The position numbers and the translations under genes are program-made. A stretch of 64,000 nt of DNA from Octopus sinensis (Eukaryota): assembly GCF_006345805.1 (NCBI RefSeq), contig NC_043003.1:81654001-81718000 (forward strand), given 5' to 3'. This document shows, piece after piece, positions 13,800-26,768 of this stretch. The number at the start of each line of letters is the position of its first letter. Position 1 is the first letter of the stretch. The notes beneath the pieces are model-generated. The model saw only the letters and a list, made by a program, of their open reading frames with translations. It was not told the DNA's origin and did not search any database.

Positions 13800-13938
13800 T
13801 ACATTATTTACAATTGATAGATATTTGTACTCATCTTGTTTGTTGTTAATGCAACATTTCGGCTGATATAGCCTCCAGCCTTCATCAGGTGTCTTGGGAA
13901 AATTTCGAACCTGGGTTCTCATTCCTAAGGTATTTTTC
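13800..13938 (-). mobile_element. PLE-type terminal repeat family F2, left arm, with HHR motif at 13848-13893
   Basis: Minus strand gacac-CTGATGA-a-ggctg...cagcc-GAAA-tgtt-gcatt; about 90% identical to the inverted copy at 14116-14252. Confidence 0.75.
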
Positions 13939-13948
13939 GATGAAAATA

Positions 13949-14012
13949 TGGCGTAGTGGTTAAGAGCACGGGTTACTAACACCAAGATTCCGAGTTCGAT
14001 TCCAGGCAATGG

Positions 14013-14016
<4 letters not shown>
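13949..14016 (+). mobile_element. tRNA-derived SINE head followed by (AAT)n
   Basis: A-box-like tggcgtagtggtt and B-box-like gagttcgattcc; no complete cloverleaf. Confidence 0.7.
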
Positions 14017-14075
<59 letters not shown>

Positions 14076-14115
14076 GAGTAATAATAATAATAACAACAAC
14101 AACAACAACAACATT

Positions 14116-14252
14116 GAAAAATACCTTAGGAATGAGGACCCAGGTTCGAAATTTCCCCAAGACACCTGATGAAGGTTGGAGGGTGTATCAGCCAAAACGT
14201 TGTGTTAACAACAAACAAGATGAGTACACATATCCATCAAATGTAAATAATG
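14116..14252 (+). mobile_element. PLE-type terminal repeat family F2, right arm, with HHR motif at 14161-14206 (G12A)
   Basis: gacac-CTGATGA-a-ggttg...cagcc-aAAA-cg-TT-gtgtt. Confidence 0.75.
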
Positions 14253-14319
14253 CACATAATTCGCCATCTCTTAAATATAGAACTGTATTAACAACAACAA
14301 TAATAATAACAGTAATAAT

Positions 14320-15872
14320 GTAAAAGCTACCTTTATCAAAAGATAAATGACAGAAACATCTAACGTTAACCTTAACCAGTAAAATGTCATAAAGGAGTTA
14401 GAACCAGAGGAGAACTACAAATGCCTAGTAGTGTATGAATGGGACGGAATCAAATATTCAGTAATGAGGGAAAGGATCAGAAGAGAATGTTATCACAGGG
14501 TAAGTGCAATACTCAAGACAGAGCTGAATGCAAGAAACAGGATCGAAGCAATCAATACTTTAGCCATACCAGTCATGATTTACAGTTTAAATTTCATTAA
14601 CTGGTCAATTACTGCAATATGTAATCTTGACAGAAAAATACGAAAATTGTTGACAATGCATAGAATGCACCACCCTAAGGCAGATGTAGAACGACTTTAT
14701 CTGCCATGGAAAGGAGACCATGGACGTTTACAATTGGAATTACAATGAAGATTGCCACAATTGGCCTAGATACCTACTTGAAAAACTTTGAGGATTGGAT
14801 CTTAAAACTTGTCTCAAAACATGAAAACACGAAAGCATCATACTCAGTAACAAAACAGGTAGAGGATTATATAAGTGAATTCCAAATACAACAAATTCTG
14901 GAATTAGACGTACCAGAAACAAGCACAGAAAATGCTAAGCGTATGAAAACCCGTGCTAAAACTTCTGCCTTAGATATTCTTACTGATAAATGACAAGAGA
15001 AAGCTCTCAATTGCAAATACCCAAAGAGAGCTAATAATATTGACAAAAACCCTTACCCATCAATGGTAAGTGGTTTCTGGCTTAAAATCTGAAACAGAAG
15101 GGTTTATCATAGCAGACCAAGATCAATGCCTACCTACAAGAAACTACCAGGCCAACATATTAAAGAACGGCAGCTGCACACATGTCAACAACAAAATGAA
15201 ACCATTGATCATGTTGTCGCCATGTGCACTCTTCTTGCGCCTGCAGAGCATCTCAAACAGGCATGATAAAGCTTCACAACATATTCACTGCGTTATTTGC
15301 AAAACTTGTACCTCCTCCATGATAAAAAAAACCTGGTGGGAACACAAACCAAGTCCAGTGCTTGAAAATGATCGCATCTAACTCCTCTGGAACTTCATGT
15401 TTCAAACTCACAGAATGAGATATGGAACTAGGCCAGACATTATATTGTAAGACTTCAGACAAAAATCATGCCACCTCATTGATATGACTGTCTCAATTGA
15501 TTTAAATATATCTTGTGGAGCCTCGAGACTAAAACAGTACCTGTTGCATAGGTACCCAAGGAATGATAGCAAAAGGGGTTGATTATTACCTAACTCAGAC
15601 ACCAGGAAATCCCCAAAATGGCAGAAATTCAAAAGATAGTGCTCATGGGAACTGTCCATATCCCACGTAAAATACTGTCTATGTAATCTCAAATTTTAAA
15701 ACACTTATAATTTTGTTTTCTTAAACAATCTCTAGAACTATACTATGTACAAAGGCAAATATATGACACCCTAAGTATAATACCAACATGAACTTCTAAC
15801 TTGTCTTTTGAGGTCTCTGGGTGAGACTTGGAGCCAACTTATGCCAATACAAAGCAAAAGTCAAACATATAA
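14320..15872 (+). pseudogene. R4/Dong-clade LINE fragment (RT thumb to REL endonuclease and 3' UTR), frameshifted
   Basis: ORFs 14431-14748, 14706-14993 and 15070-15381: ILKTELNARNRIEAINTLAIPV, DRKIRKLLTMHRMHHPKADVERLYLP, SGLKSETEGFIIA, WWEHKPSPVLEN; 3' end followed by (AAC/AAT)n. Confidence 0.92.
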
Positions 15873-16173
15873 AACAACAACAACAACTACAACAATAATA
15901 ATAATAATAATAATAAGGGCCACCAAATCTGGTTTCATTTGTATACCCGCATGATTTAAAGTTGTAAGTTGAAAATCCAGAATCACTTCAGAACTGAAAT
16001 CAACTACGCAAGAAGTGTTAAAATTTTTACAATCTACACCCCTATAAAATATTTAAAGTGTAGCCGATACTTTAAAAAAATGAGAAAATTAGAAACGCCC
16101 CCAAGAGAATATATGTTACTGCAAAATACACCCATTAAACACCTAAATACATCAGTGGATAATAATAATAATA

Positions 16174-16218
<45 letters not shown>

Positions 16219-16235
16219 TAATAATAATAATAATA

Positions 16236-16858
16236 AAACATTGTGTACAGTGCTCAGGTGTACTACAACTCATCTAAAGTGTATGTATAGTACATAGGGT
16301 AATGTACAAGCGTCAGGAAAAGAACAGTGCATGAGTCATGACATACACTTATGTGTATGAGTATGGAAGGGGGACAATCAGGTGTAGTTTCGGCGGATTT
16401 CGAAAAGCATGAGGGCCTTAAAGGATGCAGTATCATGGCAGTCAACAACTGACGTAGGCAGTTAGTTCCATGCTTCAGCAATTCTGAGCGTGAAAAAATG
16501 TTCCCGAAAGTCATGGGAGCTGTGCTGCTTTCTGACTTTGTAGGCATGTCCACGTGTGTTGGACACATCGAGATCAAAAACGTGTTCAGTGTTGTTGTTG
16601 GTGAGGTGGTTGATAACTTTGTGGGTGTTTACCAAGTCCATCGCCAGACGCCGGAGCTTCAATGAATCCATGCCCAGGGAAGCAAGGCGCTCAGAGTATG
16701 GTAGGTGTCTGATGAAGGGCATGCGTTTGGTTGCACGTCTCTGAACAGATTCCAGGAGGTCAATCTTCTGAGCAAGCTAGGGGTTCCAAACTGATGATGC
16801 GATTCCAAGTGTGGTCGTATCATAGCTGAGTACAGCTTTAAATAGATGGCTGGATATA
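16236..16858 (-). pseudogene. CR1-clade LINE 3' end
   Basis: IDLLESVQRRATKRMP and YSERLASLGMDSLKLRRL...TRGHAYKVRK...FFTLRIAEAWN; (ATT)n tail. Confidence 0.9.
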
Positions 16859-17229
16859 TATATAAACATAATTCCTAAGAACTGGTAACTATAAACATTC
16901 ACCAACGGTACCGTACAGAAAACCTACAATAAATAACGTTTACCCACATCTACATAAGTAAACAGATACTTGCTTACAAATACTATAACATATATAAAAG
17001 AGAAAGGCACTCTATACAAATGATGTTACTTTATGTACTGTATTACTAGCACGTGACCTTGCTATAAATCTGTACAATGCTATGAAATATAATCAGTAAT
17101 AAAAGCAACGATAGTAATTTGGGATAAAAGGAAAAACAGAACATTATTTTCTTCTTCCCAGTAACTTCATGTGTTGGGACCACTATCAAAGTACTTCTAG
17201 CCGGAGATAGGAAAGCCTTAGTAAATAAA

Positions 17230-18990
17230 CTGCATACTGGATTGGTCGTCGCCTTTATAAAATGGAACATGTCCTCGCCCTCCCAGAGTCAAATTAGTTT
17301 GGAATGTCGAAAAGATTACTAATGGCTTGACCACTTCCGTAAATCAAGGCATGAAAACTCCCTCTAAAAGGATAACTCCAAGCAAAAGCCTTTCAAGTAC
17401 ACCATATTCATTTGATAAAACTTGGTTGGTAAATGGAGTAATTTTCTCTCCAGAAGCGATGGAACAAATACTCCCAAAACTACAATGTTGATCTAAAGCT
17501 TTTCGTGAAATCTATCAAGAAACGGGATAGCTTTTTAACTATAGCAAAACAGTCTAGTGACCCTGAAACAGAACCCTGAAAAATTCGTTAAATCCGCATT
17601 CTTTGATGGAAATTCATGAAAAGTACAACGTAAATCAAAACAAGACTGCCTTAATCAAGGCACTAGACCCAGAAGAAAGAACTTAACTAATTATGTGTGT
17701 AATGGAGATGGAATCTGGGACCTACAAATGCACGTAAAGATACGGAAAGAATATTATCGACAGTTATAGCTAACCTAAATACGAGAAGCAGGATCAATGC
17801 TAGCGATACCTTGGTCATACAATTTACGATTTAGAACTAAAACATCTTAAAATGTTTCATCAATTACATCAGTAAAATTTAACAAAAATAGGCAAGTTTT
17901 TCAAATGTACCGTATGGGTCATTGAAAGGCAGATTTAAGCGGGTTATATATCCCGCGAAAGGGTTGATAATGTGAAATGATGAAGCTGAAATAATCACTT
18001 AAGACAGTAGCCATAGGCTAGACATTTAACAATAACGATCGGATGCTTGAACTTGTCTGCGCATAAGTGCCAAGAGACTACTCAGTATCAGAAGAAAATA
18101 TGTAAAGGGAATAAAGATCGTTGAGACAGGTGCGAGTAAATGAAACAGAAGAAACCCCTATGAAATCAAGTCAAATTAAATCTCAAGCTAAATCAAATTC
18201 AAATAGAATCGTGGAAATGCATAATATATTGAAAAGGCATTACGTAATAAATAACCCATTATAGACATTGACAACCACCTATCAATGGTTGGCTATTATA
18301 GACAACCATCTCAGTGGTTGGCTGTTTACAACAGCTTAGGATCAGTGTTTGCCCGCAAGAAATTATCTAGATAACATTTTTACAATTGGTGCTGACCCTA
18401 CCTGCCCCTTTTGTGGTACAACTCGAGAGAAACTGACGACTTCATCCGTATCTGCTACGTGCTAGCCTAAGATGGGTATACGAATCACCATGGTAGACTT
18501 GTACAGTATTTGCACTAGTTCATATGCTGTCAGCTCAAACTCTCATATAAGAAGAACTGGTGCGACTATAAAATAATTCTGTTATCTGGGTCAGTACTAT
18601 TCAAACTCACTGTATTATTCAGGTTGATACACGAAATATTTCGGTGAAAAATTACCGTAACAAAGTTTGTTTGCTCATAGAAATATCAATTCTAGTCGAC
18701 TTCAAGAACACCGTAGAAACGCCTGAAAAGTTAAAAGTAAATACAAACACATTGAACTGGAAATTTCAAACCTGTAGGATCTATAAATGAGAATTATAAC
18801 TGTGATTATCGGAGCCTTGGGAATGGGAATGATACTAAGTGGCACTCATAAATGCTATGATCAAGATACCAGGAACCGCCCAAAGTATCAAAACTAGAGA
18901 AAAAAATATTTTCATGGGTACACCCATATCTGAAGAAAAAACTGCCAACCAAAGAATATTTCAAAATCTTTCAAAATATTTCAAGTTGTC
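17230..18990 (+). pseudogene. Older, heavily decayed R4/Dong-clade LINE
   Basis: Recognisable remnants IKALDPEE, KIRKEYYR, QDQCLPARNYL, ADPTCPFCGT, IIGALGMG across frames. Confidence 0.65.
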
Positions 18991-19192
18991 AAATATAACA
19001 AAATCCTTTTAGCGAAATTTTCCTTCTCAGGGTTTTGTATCCTTTCCTTTAAAAATATATCGTTGCTCATCATAAGTAACACCCAGAATAAAATGTCCAG
19101 CTTGATGATAATAAAAATCCTGGAAAGCTTTAGAACAGCACATATAACAACAAAATAATAATAATAATAATAATGATAATAATAATAATAAG

Positions 19193-19254
<62 letters not shown>

Positions 19255-19819
19255 AACAGTGCGATATAGTTTCAAAACATGATAAAAAAATTTCAAGAGA
19301 CAGAGAAATTTTAAAAATAGGTACTTTAATCATCGCATTTAATCTTCCCTGTTTGAAGAAGAAGTTGAATAGCATAAACATTTAAAAAAGTACGCGAGGA
19401 TTTAAAATGTTCTAGTGTTATAATTGTCTAGAACAAAATGAAATACATTGTTTACTGTATTTGTCACCCAACTATTATGAAAAAAGCAAATTTAATTTTA
19501 GATAAACTCAAGGATAGAGGTATTTATCAAATGTCAGCGCATGGCGAAGTTCATTTTAGTTGATTTGATTCGAGCAGTTGACCAGAGTATAATATTTTGC
19601 TGATGATATATCCCTAACACATTTTAAATAAACGCAAAATGCGGAAGAGTTTTGATAAAACATTCTAAATCCATTAACCCAAGCTCCGCTGAAACCAATG
19701 AAAGGAAAATTTTCACTCTTGATGTGCATGGAAAAACCCGACAGTCTACTCTGTTGATCTATCGTGGACACGTGTAACCAGTTATTGGCAAAAAAATAAT
19801 AATAACTTATCAATATTTG

Positions 19820-20017
19820 AAGACGGCGAGCTGGCAGAATCGCTAACATGCCGGGAAAAACGCTTTAGCGGCATTTCGCCCGTCCTTACGTTCTGAATAC
19901 AAATCCCCCCGAGGTTGACTTCCCCTTTCATCCTCTCGGGGTCGAGAGGATGAAATAAGTACTAGTTGAACACTGGGGTCGTGCCATAATTGCTGGTCTT
20001 GTGCCAAAATTTGCAAC
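19820..20017 (+). mobile_element. SINE family A
   Basis: ggcgagctggcagaatcg...gaggttgacttcccctttcatcctctcggggtcg. Confidence 0.8.
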
Positions 20018-20107
20018 CATCATCATCATCATTATTATTGTTGTGTTGTTGCTGATATTGTTTGTTTTGCTATCATTAAGACCAATTACAATGACTATGT
20101 ACGAACT

Positions 20108-20255
20108 AAGAAGCTTGTTTCCCAAACACGTGGTTCCGGATTCTGTTTCACAGCGTGATACATTGGCCAAGTGTCTTCTACTACAGAATTGGGCCGACCA
20201 AAGACGAAAGGGATCGAGTGGAACTGGTAGACGGAAACAAAAAAGAAGCCCGTCG

Positions 20256-20312
<57 letters not shown>

Positions 20313-20528
20313 TTATCTGTGTGTCATTGTGTCTGTGTTTGTCCCCACCACCATCGTTTGACACGGATGTTGCTGTGTTCACGTCTCCGTATCTTAGTGG
20401 TTCGGCAAAAAGACCAATGGGGTTAATACCGTGCTTACAAAGAATGAGGCTTGGGGTCGGTTTCTTCAAATAAAAGGCGGTGCTCCAGCATGGCCGCAGT
20501 CAAATGACTGAAACGAGTGAAAGAGTAA
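20108..20528 (+). mobile_element. SINE family D (CORE-like, internal TA/TG microsatellite)
   Basis: Homologous to minus copies at 36.3 and 56.8 kb; ends ggcggtgctccagcatggccgcagtcaaatgactgaaac. Confidence 0.85.
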
Positions 20529-21731
20529 TATAATCATTGGTGACAAAAATGCAAATCGTAGCATCGATACAAATATTATATCGAAAAGCAAAGAGGATAT
20601 AACAATTATGAATCACGATTAACAAAAATATTCTACGAAGAAAAATTAAAGAAGAGACTTTTATTTTAAAGAAAACTGTAGAATGTGAACCTACGATACG
20701 GATGTAAATAAAGATAATATAACGACTATGAATATCTGAAAGCACTTGGGCGACAACATTTAATTATATAAGGTTTAATGTTAACTATTAAAGTGGACAT
20801 AATTATGTATGTAACGAATCTAGTTTAGAGACATAAAGTATTCAGTGTAGTAAACATGTAACCTCGTAACCGCATATATATCGACTGCAAGGAATCTTAT
20901 AAGTAAATTATATAAAAAATAAAATCTTATAAAATATATGTTATCATTATAGAATTATAAATAGATAAAGGAATATACTGGAGAATAGAAGAGATGCTAC
21001 CTGAAGGTAATTGGGAAAAACAGATATACATGGGCTGTGGCGTTGTATTAAAATGTAGATTTGTAAAGAATTTCCGCTGCTGGAGTCAGGGGTAACAAGA
21101 TGTAATGATTTTTACGATAGAGTTTGGTATATTATTGCCATCGGCTAGTCTGCATAAAAAGTAAAATAACAAATGCATACCGCTGTAACTAGAATAAATA
21201 TTAAATCACATGTTTGAAGCTGCTTCGAAATTGCATTCAAAAAATGATTGGACGTATCAACGACAGCATATAAATGTACAGGATTATTGTTAGATACATA
21301 TGTACATACATCTTCATACATAATTGCAAGTATCACATACGCACATACATACACAAGCATAAAATGGAGATGCAAGTCTACCGGCCTATTGACGTGAATT
21401 ACATTAAAAATTTAAGTAGACATGTCCTATTATACAGTCTGCAGAGAAGTAAAAAATATTCTAAACTAATTTGATGTGTAATTAGACGCTTGAACATATG
21501 AAGTAGGTAGAGGGTAGGTTAATTATATAGCCTATTAAAATATACTGATAGAAATAAAGTAAATTCCAAATGATTCGATCTGTGGCTATGTGCTGAAACT
21601 AAAGCAATTATGGCGAGGAAGACACATTAGTCATTCAAAAACACACAACACCTGTTAATTTAAGCATTAGCGTCAACATTTTCGTTACTGTATCTGTGAT
21701 CTCTTCACTAACACGTTTCCAATGTTGCTGT

Positions 21732-21764
<33 letters not shown>

Positions 21765-21768
<4 letters not shown>

Positions 21769-21968
21769 ATCCAAACGAGAAAACACAAAAAAACACAGCA
21801 ACGGGAGGACGTGGAACAAATAAAGTATTATTGGACGCTCAGGAAAGAAGGGAAGAGGAGGGTTTAACGTTTCGAGCGGAGCTCTTTGTCGGAAACAAAG
21901 GAGAAGGAAAGATCCCGAGAAGGGAAGATAGAGGAAACAAAATTGCTGGCGGTGCTCACGAGGTCACA
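21765..21968 (-). mobile_element. PLE-type repeat F1, copy 2 (HHR at 21862-21896, core G8A)
   Basis: Reverse-complement homologue of 1358-1554. Confidence 0.75.
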
Positions 21969-22020
21969 TATATATGTGTGTGTGTGTGTATGTGTGTGTA
22001 TGTATGTATGTGTGTGTGTG

Positions 22021-22126
22021 TGTGGAGGCGCAATGGCCCAGTGGTTAGGGCAGGGGACTCGTGGTCGGAACACATACATACACCACAGAAACCGGGAAAC
22101 CGGGGCAGGCTTGAATAGGGTGCATA
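22021..22126 (+). mobile_element. Chimeric SINE: family B tRNA head joined to family C tail
   Basis: tgtggaggcgcaatggcccagtggttagggc...gtggtc followed directly by ggaacacatac...gaaaccgggaaaccggg. Confidence 0.65.
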
Positions 22127-22169
22127 AATAATATATATATATATATTATTTTCATGGCTCTGGAAACAC

Positions 22170-22490
22170 AGTATAACGTGTCGGATAAAATGTTAAAAAC
22201 CAATCCTCCCGGTTTTGGCTTCAGAGTTCAAATTTAGCGGAGGTCGGCTTTCCACTTCATCGTTTAGAAGGGGACGAACTTGCAGAATCGTTAGCACGTA
22301 GCGAAATTGCAGCGCTTGTGCCAAAATTTGAAACCAACAGTTCTAAGTATGTTCTGAGTTCAAATGCTGCTGATGTTGACATTGCCTTTCATCTTTTCGA
22401 GCCGATAAAGTTAGTACAATTTGATCACTGGGGTCGGTATAATCGATTTACCCCCACTTCCGAAAATGCTAGTCTTGTGCTAAAATTCCA
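22170..22490 (+). mobile_element. Nested decayed SINE family A fragments
   Basis: Two ttc(t/a)gagttcaaat B-box segments and a cactggggtcg...aatcgattta tail. Confidence 0.55.
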
Positions 22491-23775
22491 ATCCAGTATT
22501 TTTTACTATGCTTTTTAACTAAAATACATATTTCCCTCCTTGCTGATTTTAAAATTCTACAGGAGGGCTAATTACTAAATTTTGGTTTTGAGTCTTGAAT
22601 TGTGTGTCTACGTATGTGTGTATATTTGTATGTAATTATATACAAATATGCAGATATGAAAATCGGATTGATACTGATAGTAAAAATGTTATAAACATTT
22701 GAAATGATGTAATTTCAGACATTCGTAGTATTCATTGCTTCATTTATCGGAAGTTGTGGCTGTCTTAAGGGGAGATCATGCTGAACCAATATTTAGACTC
22801 TCGTCCAGCTAAAAATAGCATCCAAATCATCCTTAACTACACAAGGACCTAAATTCACATCGACGATGAGTATGGTGCTGAGTTCGTATGTGTCATTAAA
22901 ATAATACTTTATTGAGCGCACGATTCTAAAAACACTTTTTCTTTTCTAATAATGAAATTGTAAACAAATTTTGAAAGAAAGATGGTAGAAAAAAGGAATT
23001 AACTTCAAATGTTGTTATTCTATGAAGCGTAGTGTCGATGACGATGCTGATGCTAATCCTCCTGACAGTAATCTTCCGCCACTATCAGACTTTGTAAAAC
23101 AAATTTTACTACAAAGAAAGAGAAAGCTCAACATCTATGGCGCCGCGTAAGTGTTTCAAGTGGCGTGAGAATCGATAAAAGTTCACATCCTCGGAAATTT
23201 ACATTAATTTAGGTATTATTAAGAACAATCAGCAAGTGGGAATCACTGAAATCTGTCTGAAGCGAGAAAATAAACGGTACTGTGGCACATTATGTTGTCT
23301 TTTTTGTTTTTTATTAGACGTTGTGACGTAGTCTAACGAAGATTTAGTTGCTATTTTTAGCAGCTGGAGAGACCACAAAATCTAGTACGCTGTTCCCATG
23401 GAGATAAACAGTCACGACTTACGGTATGTCTGGTAATGAAGGCTTCAACTGGCTAAAATTACTCAATTTTAAATGCTTGTAACTTTTTTTATTATTAATT
23501 TCTACAAAAAATGAATACGATTTCATCATCAGAAAACAAAACTACAACAGAAATACATTTTGGAAACAGAAGCCTGGTGCGAATTTGAAAAATTCTTTAA
23601 GTGGTTTGAATAAATTAAATAAAATCATATGTGTGTGTGTGTGTGTGTGTGTAAAAAGTTTGAATTAGATTCGTCCTTTAATTTGGAGGTTTCTAAAAAC
23701 GATTTCTAATATTGATTCTTGATATTTTGCTGGTAGTTTGCCGTCGTAAATTTGTGAATATGAAAATAATACTTT

Positions 23776-24566
23776 TATATGATGTGTTGTGGATTTATGG
23801 AAAGAAATCCCCCAAAACTCAATAATTTTACTAAAAATGGAGAAGAGAAGATGTTGAAATATAAAAGAAATTTAATTCATGCTGACGATTGTTTCGTACA
23901 ATGATATAAAAATCATGCAAATTCATGGTTGAATTGTATAAATTAAATTAATTATAAATCAATGTACTTTTCAGTGCAAGAGGTATAAACAATTTTTTTA
24001 CAAAGGACTTGAGAAAGGAAATAGCAGAACAGAATCTAGGAGATTCACATTTATCTTGATGAGAAAAAGTGATGTGAGTCCAGTTAGGTATTAACTATGA
24101 ATAAAGGCTATAACAGTTATTTGAAAATATAAGCAAAAGTGGTTTCGGAGAATTCCCTCTATAGATGAGTAAGAAGAATAGAGCGAACGTCTTTGAAAAC
24201 ACTTTTACTTATATTTTCAAGTAACCGTTATAGCCTTTAGTTATAGTTAATGCCTAACTGGACTTAGATCTCCTTTTCTCATAAGGATAAATATGAATCT
24301 CCTAGATTTTATTCTGGTATTTTCTTTCTCAAGTCCTTTATAAAAATTGTTTTCGTTCTTCTAGCACTGAATAGTACATTGATTTATAATTAATTTAAGT
24401 AATTTAATTCAATTCAGCCATGAATTTGCATGTTTTTTTATATCATTGTGCGAAACGATCGTCTGCATGAATTAAATTTCTCTTGTGTTTTAACGTCTTT
24501 GCTTCTACATTTTTAATAAAATTGTTGAGATTTATGGGATTTCTTTCCATAGATTCACAATACATC

Positions 24567-24571
<5 letters not shown>
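23776..24571. mobile_element. ~800-bp foldback element (MITE-like, almost entirely inverted repeat)
   Basis: 23776-24162 is the reverse complement of 24178-24571 at roughly 80% identity by eye; 15-nt loop; TA at both ends. Confidence 0.8.
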
Positions 24572-24662
<91 letters not shown>

Positions 24663-24812
24663 CATACATACATACATACACACACAGGTACAAAGTTTTT
24701 CTGAACTGTTTACTTACGCGAACGTAAACGAACCAATGCCGAAGGTCATGCGGACAAATACAGAGGCACACGTTTATGTATATATATATATATATATGTA
24801 TATATATTTACA

Positions 24813-24972
24813 CGTATGTTGAACCGGTGTTCGGACAGAATCTGGGAAACCGGGTGCAAGTCTCTTTAGACCATTGAAAACATAAAGACAGACCAGTGGA
24901 AACCGACATGTCTAAAAGGGAAACCTTAACATTTTTCTGAAGTCTTGAATTTAAGCCTAGCCTCAACCGCAA
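24813..24972 (+). repeat. 160-bp repeat, inverted copy at 26769-26929
   Basis: cgtatgttgaaccggtg...gtcttgaatttaagc...ccgcaa matches the reverse complement of 26769-26929. Confidence 0.8.
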
Positions 24973-24985
24973 AGCGGTGTATGTT

Positions 24986-25048
<63 letters not shown>

Positions 25049-25084
25049 GAGAGAGAGAGAAAAATATATATACGTATATATATA

Positions 25085-25215
25085 TACGATGGGCTTCTTA
25101 TAGTTGCTTTCAACGAAATCCACTCAAATGGCTTTAGTCGGCCCGGAGCTATAGTAGAAGAAATTGCCTTAAGCTTCAGGCAGTGCGAATGAACGAGGGA
25201 CTATGCAATTAGGCT
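25085..25215 (-). mobile_element. Decayed SINE family D 5' half
   Basis: acgatgggcttc...aaatccactca...gctatagtagaaga. Confidence 0.6.
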
Positions 25216-25769
25216 TCAGAGTTTTGAATATAATTTCTTTCGCATCTATATAGGTCAGTCGTTCTGAGTGTTGTTGCCTGGAGCTAGTAGTATGTAATAG
25301 AATTTATCACTGGGCTGAAATTCTTGTACTCCTTCTTCCTTCCTTCTCTTAAATTGGGTCACTTCTGGTCTCGTAGAGTACATCATAAGCAAGAATTTGT
25401 TACTTCAAAGAGGCGAATCTATCATGAACACAGAGTAGAGACAATGGGGGATGGGCTGATACAAAATGCTTAAAGGGGAAGAGATAGCAGCAGCTAGTGT
25501 AATACAGAAAATAGTAACAAATAAAGTAAAAGCAATTATGTAGCTGAATAAGAAATTTTGAAAGCGAAATTACTTTTAGTTATTAAAAAATAAATAAATA
25601 GATAAACGAAAAAATAGATAAAGTATATTTTTAGAAATTAAGAAAATCTCGAACGCTATAGGATAACTGTGAAAGCAACTGTTCTCACTCGACGCTTCAA
25701 TATCTGTTTATAAAAATATCTCACAAATAAATAACGGGTTACATGAAAGACGTCAAAATGATGATTTGA

Positions 25770-25960
25770 AATTTTGCTACAAGCCCAACAAATTTGAGAG
25801 GCGGGGTAAGTCGATTAAATCGACCCCAGTGCTCGACTAGTACTTATTTTATCGACTCTGCGTGTGTGAAATGCAAAGTTAGCCTATGAACTCAAAACGT
25901 AAATATGGATGAAATGATGCTAAGCATTTTGCCAACGATTCTGTCAGTTCACCGCTTTAA
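25770..25960 (-). mobile_element. Decayed SINE family A
   Basis: aagtcgattaaatcgaccccagtgctcgactagtacttattttatcgac...aacgattctgtcagttcaccgc. Confidence 0.7.
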
Positions 25961-26081
25961 ATAATAATACTTTACGATAAATAATAATACTTTTTAACGT
26001 TGGTATAAGAGAAGCAAGTTTTAGAGGAGCAAGCAAGTCGATTTTAAACTTCAGCGGAATTTGAACTCATTTAATAACATC

Positions 26082-26584
26082 TGTGGAGGCGCGTGGCTTA
26101 ATGGGTAGGGTGTCAGCATCATGATCGTAAAATTGTGTTTTCGATTCCTGGACCGGGTGACGCGTTGTGTTCTTGAGCAAAACACTTCTTTTCACGTTGC
26201 TCCAGTCCACTCAGCTGGTAAAAATGAGTAACGCTGCGATGGATTGGCGTCCCGTCCAGCTGGGGAACACATAGCTCATAGAAACCGGGAAACTGGGCCC
26301 ATGAGCCTGGCTAGGCCTTAAAAGGGCGCATTTGTGGAGGCGCGTTGCTTAGTGGTTTGTGTGTCAGCATCATGATCGTAAGATTGTGGTTTCGATTCCT
26401 GGACCGGGCGACGCGTTGTGTTCTTGAGCAAAACACTTCATTTTACGTTGCTCCAGTCCACTCAGCTGGCAAAAATGAGTAACGCTGCGATGGACTGGCG
26501 TCCCGTCCAGCTGGGGAACACATACGGCATTAAAACCGGGAGGCCGGGCTCATGAGCCTGGCTAGGCCTTAAAAGGGCGCATTT
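26082..26584 (+). mobile_element. Head-to-tail dimer of SINE family C (CORE-like, 251-bp unit)
   Basis: Two complete units starting tgtggaggcgcgt at 26082 and 26333, with tRNA head and gtgttcttgagcaaaacactt CORE-like block. Confidence 0.9.
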
Positions 26585-26768
26585 ATTTATTATTAAGTGC
26601 ATGTAGAAATACCACTAAACATATTTGGCCAATGCGAAAAATATTCTGTCTGTTCATAGTTTTAATAATAGAAATAATACTAGTAATATTATTAAATAAT
26701 ATTATAGATGGGCTGGTAAATTAAGCGCCTATAGCGTACGGCGTACAGGTGTGTCGTATAGCTCGCGC

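Noticed and set aside
13949-14016. Possible tRNA gene
   Set aside because: No complete acceptor stem or cloverleaf, and it runs into (AAT)n; it is a SINE head
22786-23600. TTAA-GGGG start suggesting a Kolobok/piggyBac-type element
   Set aside because: No matching right terminus or coding remnant identified
26082-26584. Tandem repeats as a possible CRISPR-like array
   Set aside because: Eukaryotic SINE dimer; no short repeat-unique spacer periodicity anywhere in the window
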